Shown: piece after piece, positions 1 through 7,768 of the stretch
Position numbering within the stretch: the stretch's first letter is position 1
Layout of the letters: the number at the start of each line of letters is the position of its first letter
Origin: an uncultured bacterium
GTDB taxonomy: Bacteria > Chlamydiota > Chlamydiia > Chlamydiales > SM23-39
Assembly: GCA_963716985.1 (NCBI GenBank)
Contig: OY970323.1
Coordinates: 160,001 to 224,000, forward strand
Direction of reading: 5' to 3'
DNA length: 64,000 bases
Program-made: the position numbers and the translations under genes
Notes under the pieces: model-generated
The model's input: the letters and a program-made list of their open reading frames with translations, nothing else
Database searches by the model: none
What the model was told of the DNA's origin: nothing

Positions 1-810
1 GGTCAGAAAATCATATCCGATCGAAGAGGCGTCTCCGAGATAGGCATCTACAAAATGTAAAAGCGGGTAGATGACGGGCAGATCTTTTAAGAGAACTAAA
101 CTTTTTGTTTTTCGCACTCTTTGATCGATCTTCTCCATTTCTAGAGGATGAGAGGAAAAGAGATGGGGATGGGGTTTGATTATGAGGTTTACCTCTTCGT
201 TAAAAGAGTCTATGAGGGGATCTAACAATTGCTCGAAGGAAGAGTTTTTTTCGGAATCGCTCCAGGTCGGTGCATAAAGAATGGTTTTTTTGGGGGACAA
301 AGAAGAAAAAATCTCTTTTCGTAAAAGTTTCTCGTAAAAGGCTTTGTTTTCAAGAAAATAGCGGAAGCGATAGTTGCCGACTATGAGCTGTTTGTTAACG
401 ACTCCTTTTTCCTTCAAAAACTCTTCCATCCGTTTCCCATAGACCAGTAAAAGTTCTTCTTGGGAGAGTCCTTCCATGAAAAAAGAAGACCTTCCCTTGT
501 CGGAGTTGCCATGAGGACACCAGATGGTATGAAGCTTTTTCTCTAGAAGCAGCTGCGGAAGAAAAAAGTCGCTATCGAAGAGCGGCCTTGGCATGCAGGT
601 GATAAGTTGATCGAAATTTTGAGATGCATAAAAATAGACCTCTTGAGGATCGCAGCCGATCACATGGATCTTGGGGTAGAATTTTTTTGCCAGGGAATAG
701 AGACTCTCGTCATCCACGATCAGAGGAATGTTCAAAAGAGAAGATAGGGGCGCCAAATGGTCCAAGTGGTGAAGCGAGTGTCCATAAAGGATGGCGGCAG
801 ACCGCTGCAT
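1..810 (-). CDS. CDP-glycerol glycerophosphotransferase (TagF/TagB-like) family protein; 3' end runs off the window
   Basis: Not in the ORF track. Manual translation from ATG at 810 gives MQRSAAILYGHSLHHLDHLAPL...WCPHGNSDKG...ILYAPTW...PVIYPLLHFVDAYLGDASSIGYDFLT, in frame to base 1. Confidence 0.7.
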   Translation of the reverse strand, partial: MQRSAAILYGHSLHHLDHLAPLSSLLNIPLIVDDESLYSLAKKFYPKIHVIGCDPQEVYFYASQNFDQLITCMPRPLFDSDFFLPQLLLEKKLHTIWCPHGNSDKGRSSFFMEGLSQEELLLVYGKRMEEFLKEKGVVNKQLIVGNYRFRYFLENKAFYEKLLRKEIFSSLSPKKTILYAPTWSDSEKNSSFEQLLDPLIDSFNEEVNLIIKPHPHLFSSHPLEMEKIDQRVRKTKSLVLLKDLPVIYPLLHFVDAYLGDASSIGYDFLT

Positions 811-899
811 AAGAGAGGCATCTTTTTTTGTTATAACGAAAAAAGAAAGATAGAGACAATAGAGGTTTTGCAGCAAGAGGAACTCTCAATGTTGTCAAT

Positions 900-1013
900 T
901 TAAGGGGCTTTGCCCCTTAACCCCACCAAAGGACACGGTCCTTTGGAAATTTAAGACATTGGGTTTCCAAAGGGCATGCCCTTTGGGGAGAGCTCGAGAG
1001 CGAGAGCTCTCGA
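900..1013. repeat. Cluster of four GC-rich hairpins (REP/REPIN-like intergenic element)
   Basis: TTAAGGGGC-TTT-GCCCCTTAA (900-920); CCAAAGGAC-ACG-GTCCTTTGG (926-946); perfect palindrome CCAAAGGGCATGCCCTTTGG (967-986); TCGAGAGC-GAGA-GCTCTCGA (994-1013). Confidence 0.6.
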
Positions 1014-1077
1014 ATCCTGGACAGCATGGGAGGCGCTCTCTTCCACAGAAAAAAACAGGTAGAAAAAGTTCACGATT

Positions 1078-2145
1078 ATGAACGAAAAAAATCTAAAAGA
1101 TGTTCCAAATGAAAGTCTGAAGGAGTGGTTTTTGAAAAACCGAAGGGACTTTCCTTGGAGAAGAGATCCTTCACCTTATAGAGTGTGGATATCCGAGGTG
1201 ATGCTCCAACAGACAAGGGCCAGTGTTGTTGTCTCCTATTTTGAGCGATGGATGACTCTTTTCCCCAATATAAAGGCCTTAGCTCAAGCTCCTTTTGAAG
1301 TGCTGCTCAAGGCTTGGGAGGGTCTGGGCTATTACCAACGTTTGCGCAATATCCATGCGTCTGCAAAGCTGGTCTGTGAAAAATTTCAGGGCATTATTCC
1401 GCAAAATGAGGAGGATCTCCAATCCTTGCCGGGAGTTGGCCCTTATACAAGAGGGGCTATTTTGGCTTTTGCTTTTCAAAAAAGAGCTGCGGCCGTTGAT
1501 GCCAATGCCATGAGAGCTTTGGTCAGATATTTTCAAATAGAGGAAGATGTTGCAAAAGCGAGTGTGAAAAAAAGACTTTTTGATCTCCAAGAAAACATCT
1601 TACCCTTCAAAGATCCCCATCTTCTTGTCGAGGCGTGGATTGAGATAGGCGCCACGATCTGCCAGCCAAAAGCGCGCTGCGCCATCTGTCCTTTGGCAAG
1701 CGATTGTCTTGCGCATCGGATGAAAAAAGAGCTGCTTTTGCCTTTTGTTTCGAAGAAAAAAGAGGAGAGGGCTCTGCATCGAGCCGTATTGGTGGTGGAG
1801 AAAGAAGGGGCTCTCTTCCTTCGAAAAGCAAGGAGGGGCGAGATCATGGAAGATCTTTTCGAATTTCCCTATTTTGATTGTGAAAGGAAAAAAGTTTCAA
1901 GGAGGCGTGTTGTCTTGTGGGCTTGGAGCGATTTGGGTCTTTCCCTTCAGGAGATCTCTTCGCTGCCCTTGGAAAAACAGAGCTTTACCTCTTTTCGCGT
2001 GACGCTATTTCCCTTTTTGGCTTTTTGCGATCAAGACTTAAAAAAAAACCATTCCTATGAATGGATCTCTAAATCAAAACTCGAACAGTTGAGCTTTTCT
2101 TCCGGACATCGTAGAATTTTGCAAAGAATCATGGGAAAAAGATGA
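1078..2145 (+). CDS. mutY: A/G-specific adenine glycosylase MutY
   Basis: RDFPWR, VWISEVMLQQT, WEGLGYY, HhH motif LPGVGPYT, 4Fe-4S motif CQPKARCAICPLASDC. Confidence 0.95.
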   Translation: MNEKNLKDVPNESLKEWFLKNRRDFPWRRDPSPYRVWISEVMLQQTRASVVVSYFERWMTLFPNIKALAQAPFEVLLKAWEGLGYYQRLRNIHASAKLVCEKFQGIIPQNEEDLQSLPGVGPYTRGAILAFAFQKRAAAVDANAMRALVRYFQIEEDVAKASVKKRLFDLQENILPFKDPHLLVEAWIEIGATICQPKARCAICPLASDCLAHRMKKELLLPFVSKKKEERALHRAVLVVEKEGALFLRKARRGEIMEDLFEFPYFDCERKKVSRRRVVLWAWSDLGLSLQEISSLPLEKQSFTSFRVTLFPFLAFCDQDLKKNHSYEWISKSKLEQLSFSSGHRRILQRIMGKR

Positions 2146-3257
2146 GAATCATTCATTTAGAGGCCTCCACAGGGTGGGGAGGGCAGGAAATGCGCATTTT
2201 GTCGGAAGCCAAGGGCATGCGGCAAAGAGGCCATGAAATTTTTTTTGTCGTGGAAAAAGAAGCCAAACTTGCAAAAAAAGCAAGAGACGCGGGTTTTGTC
2301 GTTCATGAACTCTCCTTTAAAAAACCCTTTTGGCCTCTTTCCTTTCTTTATCTTGTCTATCTTTTTTGTAAATTTCATATAGACCTTGTCAATACCCACT
2401 CTTCTTTAGATGCATGGCTTGGAGGGATGGCGGCCCGTTTTGCACGAAGGCCGATCCTTCGCACGCGCCATTTATCAACGCCGATCAGAAAGGGATGGAA
2501 CAGTCGCTGGCTGTATCAAAAACTTGCCGATTTTGTGGTGACCACCTGTGCAAAAATCGTTCCGATGGTTTGCGAACAGTCGGGTCAGTCCTCTCGCTGT
2601 TGCAGGTCCATTCCGACAGGGATGGATCCGCTTCTCATCCGATATGCATCGGATGCGCCCAAACGGTTTCGAGAAAAGATGGGGATTTCTTCAAGTGATT
2701 TTCTCGTCGGAACGGTTTGCATGGTCAGATCCTGGAAGGGGATTGAAGATTTCCTTCAGGCAGCCCATCTTCTTCGCAAGGAAAAAAATATTCGATGGGT
2801 GATCATCGGCGGCGGATATTTGGACTCTTACCAAAAAAAAGCCATCACAATGCAGCTGGATTCTTTGGTGGCCTTTACCGGTCATCTGGAATCTCCCTTT
2901 GGAGCGATTGCCGCTTTAGACGCATTTGCGCTTCTCAGTACCAATCATGAGGGAGTCTCGCAAGCAAGTTTGCAGGCCGCCTATTTAGCAAAGCCTTTGA
3001 TTACGACTCCGACGGGAGGACTGAAAGAGGTTTGCATTCCCCATATTACAGGTTTGCAAGTGCCCGTCTTTTCTCCTCAAAAGGTTGCAGATGCGGTCTT
3101 GGATCTACAAAAAAATCCGGAGCTTTGCCGGCGTCTTGGGAAAAAAGCCAGAGAGCATGTGGAAAAGCATTTTATGTTTGCTGATATGCTCGATCAGATG
3201 GAAACAATCTATTGGAAGCTTTGTCCTTCCAAAAAAGCAAAGAACCTTTCACATTAA
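2142..3257 (+). CDS. Glycosyltransferase family 4 (GT-B fold), probably LPS-related
   Basis: STGWGGQE N-terminus, VNTHSS, RTRH, EGVSQASLQA EX7E-like motif; ATGA overlap with mutY. Confidence 0.85.
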   Translation: MRIIHLEASTGWGGQEMRILSEAKGMRQRGHEIFFVVEKEAKLAKKARDAGFVVHELSFKKPFWPLSFLYLVYLFCKFHIDLVNTHSSLDAWLGGMAARFARRPILRTRHLSTPIRKGWNSRWLYQKLADFVVTTCAKIVPMVCEQSGQSSRCCRSIPTGMDPLLIRYASDAPKRFREKMGISSSDFLVGTVCMVRSWKGIEDFLQAAHLLRKEKNIRWVIIGGGYLDSYQKKAITMQLDSLVAFTGHLESPFGAIAALDAFALLSTNHEGVSQASLQAAYLAKPLITTPTGGLKEVCIPHITGLQVPVFSPQKVADAVLDLQKNPELCRRLGKKAREHVEKHFMFADMLDQMETIYWKLCPSKKAKNLSH

Positions 3258-3479
3258 TGAACGCTCAACCTCATTTCTAGAATGGCCTCAATGCCCTGGT
3301 TTTCAAATGATTTTTTTGCCGGACTTGCCGTAATGACCTTGGAATTACGGCGCTTCAAGGAGGGGGATGAAATTTTTTTCGCGATGCACTCCTTTGTGAT
3401 ACGAAGGGGGAAATAAAAAATTTCAGGAGGAAATATTCTTCTTTTCCTAGTATAATGTAGTTGTTTTTCTATCGAAAAA

Positions 3480-4223
3480 ATGGAGAGAGCTATGGAAGCA
3501 ATTCCGCCGCAAGAGTCTTTTGTGCACCGCAAAATTCTACCGCTGACCTTTTGGATTTTGGAGAGAAAAAGTGCCATTTTTTATGGCTTTTTTTCTCTTA
3601 TCGTCTTGATTTTTCTCGCAAGCCGCTATCTGCCTTTTTTTCAAAAAGAAGAGGAGCTGCTATCTTCGGAAACTATCTATCGGACATGGCTAGAGAACCA
3701 GGAGGAGGTAAACTCTTGGAAAAAGCTTCATGGGCAGCTTCAAAAAAATAACTTTTTAAAGACCAAATATGCAAGCGATATTGCGCAAAGATGGATTTGC
3801 AAAGAGGATCTTACAAAAGCAAGGCCGCTGGTCGAGGACTCCTTTCAGAAACTAGGGGATGATCTGGATTATTATGCTGTTTTTTCACAAACAAGCTGGA
3901 ACATTGCACGAGGAGAGATCGAACAGGCGCTCGAAGAGGCCGGAGCATTGAAGAAAAAGATGTCCGCGGACGGTAGCTTTTCAAAAGGATCCCTTCTCTA
4001 TGGACATAACCTGATGAGGATTCTCTTTTTAGAAAAGAGTTTGAAAAATGCCAAAGGAGTTGCGGTTGCAAGAGGCGCTCTCGAGGAGTATCTGCAGAAA
4101 AATCAAACGACGCTGCTTTGCGAAAAAGAAGAAAAAACCTTTTTCAAAAATATCCGCAAGAACAAACAAGTTGGCCTTGCGGATTTTCTGGCTGATCAGA
4201 AAAACTTAACTTGTGGAAATTAG
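3480..4223 (+). CDS. Hypothetical protein with N-terminal membrane anchor (helical, TPR-like)
   Basis: 247-aa ORF, one hydrophobic segment (FYGFFSLIVLIFLA), host-like composition. Confidence 0.6.
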   Translation: MERAMEAIPPQESFVHRKILPLTFWILERKSAIFYGFFSLIVLIFLASRYLPFFQKEEELLSSETIYRTWLENQEEVNSWKKLHGQLQKNNFLKTKYASDIAQRWICKEDLTKARPLVEDSFQKLGDDLDYYAVFSQTSWNIARGEIEQALEEAGALKKKMSADGSFSKGSLLYGHNLMRILFLEKSLKNAKGVAVARGALEEYLQKNQTTLLCEKEEKTFFKNIRKNKQVGLADFLADQKNLTCGN

Positions 4224-4684
4224 ATATTTTCACCTTCTCTAAATCCCGACTCTTTCTTTGGATAGCTTCCCATATCCTTAAGCAGGTATTTTGGAATCAT
4301 GTGGAATCCGACACCGGCCAATACTCCAAGCTCAATAAAAAGAACAAAAGGAAGAAATAGAGCAAAGACAATCCGGACCGATCCGATGATGATCTGAATG
4401 GTCTTTTCCTGCTTGTGGTAGAAATGGTAGAAGCCTTTGAGCATTTTGGAACTTTGATCGGGAAAAGCAATGCTGATCATACTCGCCAGCCCGAGGCAGG
4501 TCAGCGTCCACATGGGACCTATGAAAAAATCAAAAATGCTGGAAATGCTTGCAATGAAAATGGCCAAAATAAAAAGCATTTCATGCAGATATTTTCTTGC
4601 AAGGCTCTCTAGCTCTTGAATGGAAATGCCCTCTTTGAGCTTATTGCCAAGAGACTCTTTTTTATCTTCGTCTGCCATGTTCAT
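4220..4684 (-). CDS. Hypothetical membrane protein
   Basis: 154-aa ORF with 3-4 hydrophobic segments; GGAGG directly upstream of the first ATG. Confidence 0.65.
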   Translation of the reverse strand: MNMADEDKKESLGNKLKEGISIQELESLARKYLHEMLFILAIFIASISSIFDFFIGPMWTLTCLGLASMISIAFPDQSSKMLKGFYHFYHKQEKTIQIIIGSVRIVFALFLPFVLFIELGVLAGVGFHMIPKYLLKDMGSYPKKESGFREGENI

Positions 4685-4908
4685 CCTCCAATTTATCCTT
4701 CTTTCAAGGAGCTAATTTTTTTTTCGTGAGAAATTTTTGCTCCTGGCATGGTGAACCAGAAAAATTCCCACTACCTTTTGTTCTTAATTTAAATGATTAA
4801 AGTAATTTTTTGCAATATTTGAAGAAGCGCTAAGGTTTGTGTTTTTTTCTTCGATCTTCTAAAATAAGATCTTTCATTTTTCACTTCCTAAAAAATGGCG
4901 TTTTTTTT

Positions 4909-6159
4909 ATGGGGCTTTTCACCAATAGCTTTCAAGATGTGCAGAAGAGGATTTTGCTGTTTTTTTCTCTTATTTTTTTGTCAAGTCTTGGCATTTTTGG
5001 TCTTTGGATCCTTTTTCTGCCCAACGCCTCTCATCTCGCGCTTTCTTTTGCGCCAACGCATCTTTCGAACGAAAGTAGGCCGGGGAGTATTTTAGGAGGG
5101 GCTTTGTTCCTGCGCGCTTCCTCTTACACTCCTCAATTGCCCGATCTTTCCCGAGAAATGACAGTGACATGGGTCTTAGACCGTCCGGATCGAAAAGGGG
5201 CAAAAAGAGGGGAGGTTTTTTTATTGCGAAGCGGAGAAAAAAAGAGGGTGGAATTTTCCGAGCGGATCTTCTTCTTTTTTGGTGAAAATGATCTGCTGCA
5301 ATTTTCAAAAGAGCCCTCTCTTTTTTGGATGGAGATGCAAATCGCAGGAAAAGAAAAAGTCGAATGTAGAGCCGGAATTGGGGAAGAGGGAAAGTGGAGA
5401 GGCCTTCCTCTTATTACTACTTTTCAGATGCCGATGGCGGAAGAGAGGGCAAGTCAGGAAAAAAGCGAGGGGGTTTGTTTTCAAAAGATTGCAAAGGCCA
5501 AATGGCTCGGGGAAGATTTTCGCTCTTTTTATCAGCAGAAAAGCGGGGGCGAAAAGAAAAAGGAGCATCGATTAGAAATGGACGCGACATCGCTTCTTGT
5601 GAGCGAGGGGGACTGGCTCTCCTTTCAAGAGCAGAGCTGGAAAAAAATTTCTCAAAACGAGCCGACCGAAAACGATCCGCTTGGGGTCGTCGGGATGATC
5701 AAAGAGCAGCAGATGGAAATCGAGGTTTTTGATGAGACGGGGCACCGAGAAAATGTTCTCTTAAACAGGCAGGCTCCTCCCCTGTTCAAGACCAATCCAG
5801 ATGAGTGGATTGTTTCCGTTCGAGAAAGAGGCAAAGCATCTATTTCTCTTGGCCTTGAAAAGCAGCATTTTCTTTTTCACAAAGGAAGTTGGGCGGCGCG
5901 CAAAGAGGGACGTTGGAGAGTTGTGAAAGGAATCGCTTTGCAAAGGATTGCAGCGGAGGCCTTTTTTTTCTTTGAGGGCATGGAAGAGAGAGAGGGGCAA
6001 AAATGGATGAAGGGGGTTTTCTTCAATGGCAATGGCGTTGTGAAATGCCCTGTAGAAAAAAAATTCGTTTCCAAGAAAAAAAGAGTGCTTGGAGCAAAGA
6101 CATTGATCAGGGAAGAACTTACTAAAAAAGAAGAAAAAAAGTCAACCACCCCTCCCTAA
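4909..6159 (+). CDS. Chlamydial hypothetical protein preceding gspD; the last residues (STTPP) and stop come from the inserted IscB element
   Basis: Long ORF with N-terminal TM, first gene of the gsp operon; reads into GTCAACCACC at 6141. Confidence 0.7.
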   Translation: MGLFTNSFQDVQKRILLFFSLIFLSSLGIFGLWILFLPNASHLALSFAPTHLSNESRPGSILGGALFLRASSYTPQLPDLSREMTVTWVLDRPDRKGAKRGEVFLLRSGEKKRVEFSERIFFFFGENDLLQFSKEPSLFWMEMQIAGKEKVECRAGIGEEGKWRGLPLITTFQMPMAEERASQEKSEGVCFQKIAKAKWLGEDFRSFYQQKSGGEKKKEHRLEMDATSLLVSEGDWLSFQEQSWKKISQNEPTENDPLGVVGMIKEQQMEIEVFDETGHRENVLLNRQAPPLFKTNPDEWIVSVRERGKASISLGLEKQHFLFHKGSWAARKEGRWRVVKGIALQRIAAEAFFFFEGMEEREGQKWMKGVFFNGNGVVKCPVEKKFVSKKKRVLGAKTLIREELTKKEEKKSTTPP

Positions 6160-6395
6160 AGGGAGAGACTTGAGAATCAAGCCTGAAGTTGACCAGCCTT
6201 AGTCTTAAGGCAACTTGAGACTACGTTAGGAGCGAATATATAGGCGCCTTGGAATGCCGCCCCAGTTCCAAGCTCTGCGGTTAGCAGTTAAACCAAGCGT
6301 ACGGGTTAAACCAGTGCTGTTAACATGTAAAACCGCTCCATAACTTTGGCGAGGGGAACTTTACCCGGGAAACCGGAGATTGCAGGTAACTGCTA
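6141..6395 (+). ncRNA. omegaRNA (HEARO-like) scaffold for IscB
   Basis: About 250 nt non-coding structured region directly upstream of iscB. GTCAAC pairs with GTTGAC (6188); contains CTACGTT, the CTTGGAA...TTCCAAG stem and a TTGGCGAGGG block, as in IscB omegaRNAs. 3' boundary approximate. Confidence 0.85.
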
Positions 6396-6409
6396 TTAGA
6401 AATTTGTAT

Positions 6410-7738
6410 ATGCAAAAAATATTTGTATTAGACAAAAACAGAAAACCACTCATGCCCTGCTCGGCACAGAGAGCAAGGATGCTTTTGTCTTCAGGAAAAG
6501 CCGCTGTTTTAAAACGCTATCCTTTTACCATTATTCTTAAGGATAGAGAGTGTGGCGATGTACAAGATCTTGAGGTTAAAATTGATCCCGGAAGCAAAAC
6601 TTCCGGAATTGTTCTTGTTGGAAATTTTCTAAAAGGGAGAAAAGTTCTATGGGCAGCAAACCTTCAACATAGGGGAAATGCAATCTCATTATCACTTACC
6701 TCTAGAAGAGCATTGAGACGAAGCCGCCGTCATAGAAAAACACCCTATCGCGCCCCTCGATTTGATAATCGAAAACGAACAGATGGTTGGATTGCGCCTT
6801 CTTTGCAATCGAGAGTGGATCATATTCACACTTGGGTCTCCAGATTGCAGAGATGCTCTCCCATATCTTCCATCGCTGTAGAGACTGTACGTTTTGATAC
6901 GCAAAAATTGCAAAATCCGGAGATCTCCGGCATTCTCTATCAACAGGGAGAGTGCCTCGGCTACGAGATCAGGGAGTATCTTCTTGAAAAATGGGGGCGG
7001 AAATGCGCTTATTGCGGAAAAGAAAACACGCGATTAGAAATCGACCATATTGTTCCCAAAAGCCACGGCGGAAGCGATAGAGTCTCAAATCTCATCATCT
7101 CCTGCAAAGAATGCAATAGCAAAAAAGCAAACGGGGACATACAGGAGTTTTTAGAAAACAAGCCCGCTATTCTATCCAAAATTCTCACAAAGTCAAAAGT
7201 TTCACTAAGCGATGCTGCCGTAGTCAATGCGACGAGGGTAGCAATAGGCCGCGATCTTCGTTCCTTTAACCTTCCCCTCACATTTTGGAGCGGCGGTAGG
7301 ACAAAATTCAATAGAGTCAAACAATCGTACGAAAAAGACCACTGGATAGATGCTGCTTGTGTTGGAGAAACAGGAGAGTTCGTTCACATTGACAAAACAT
7401 TCTCCCCGCAAGTGATCAGGGAAACGGGAAAAGGCTGCCGCCAATTCTGCCTAATGGACCGATATGGATTTCCAAGGACGAGCGCCAAAAAGCAGAAAAG
7501 TGTCTATGGCTTCAAAACGGGAGACCTTGCCAGAGCCATTGTAACGAAAGGCAAAAAATCAGGGTGTTATCTTGGAAGGGTAGCCGTGAGGCTTTCGGGA
7601 AATTTTTGTTTTGACACCGCCGTCGGAAAAGTTGATGGCATTAACTATAGATACTGCCAAAATATACAGATGGCAGATGGTTACATTTATTCAATCAAGA
7701 AACCAAACAAAAGGAGCAGCGCTTCCTCCCACCCCTAA
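6410..7738 (+). CDS. iscB: RNA-guided endonuclease IscB (PLMP, split RuvC, HNH), 442 aa
   Basis: VLDKNRKPLMPC; RuvC-I IDPGSKTSG; Arg-rich bridge helix RRALRRSRR; RuvC-II VETVRFD; HNH CAYC..EIDHIVPKSHGG..SNL..CKECN; RuvC-III HWIDA. Confidence 0.95.
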   Translation: MQKIFVLDKNRKPLMPCSAQRARMLLSSGKAAVLKRYPFTIILKDRECGDVQDLEVKIDPGSKTSGIVLVGNFLKGRKVLWAANLQHRGNAISLSLTSRRALRRSRRHRKTPYRAPRFDNRKRTDGWIAPSLQSRVDHIHTWVSRLQRCSPISSIAVETVRFDTQKLQNPEISGILYQQGECLGYEIREYLLEKWGRKCAYCGKENTRLEIDHIVPKSHGGSDRVSNLIISCKECNSKKANGDIQEFLENKPAILSKILTKSKVSLSDAAVVNATRVAIGRDLRSFNLPLTFWSGGRTKFNRVKQSYEKDHWIDAACVGETGEFVHIDKTFSPQVIRETGKGCRQFCLMDRYGFPRTSAKKQKSVYGFKTGDLARAIVTKGKKSGCYLGRVAVRLSGNFCFDTAVGKVDGINYRYCQNIQMADGYIYSIKKPNKRSSASSHP

Positions 7739-7768
7739 AGGGATGGGTTTCCGCGCTGTCAAATTAGG

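Larger units (their letters stand above)
6141..7768 (+). mobile_element. Non-autonomous IS200/IS605-superfamily IscB element (omegaRNA + iscB, no tnpA), 1628 bp
   Basis: Starts GTCAACCACCCC. Both ends carry a CCC-TAAA-GGG subterminal hairpin (6152-6165; 7728-7748). No TSD. Removing 6141-7768 restores GAA GAA AAA AAA TGA overlapping the gspD ATG. Confidence 0.9.

Noticed and set aside
3254..3577. Minus-strand ORF whose tail faintly recalls ribosomal protein L28
   Set aside because: Lacks the conserved L28 N-terminus and overlaps the 3480 gene; likely spurious.
6410..7738. Cas9 or a plain HNH endonuclease
   Set aside because: Too small, has the PLMP N-terminus and an omegaRNA, and no array; it is IscB.
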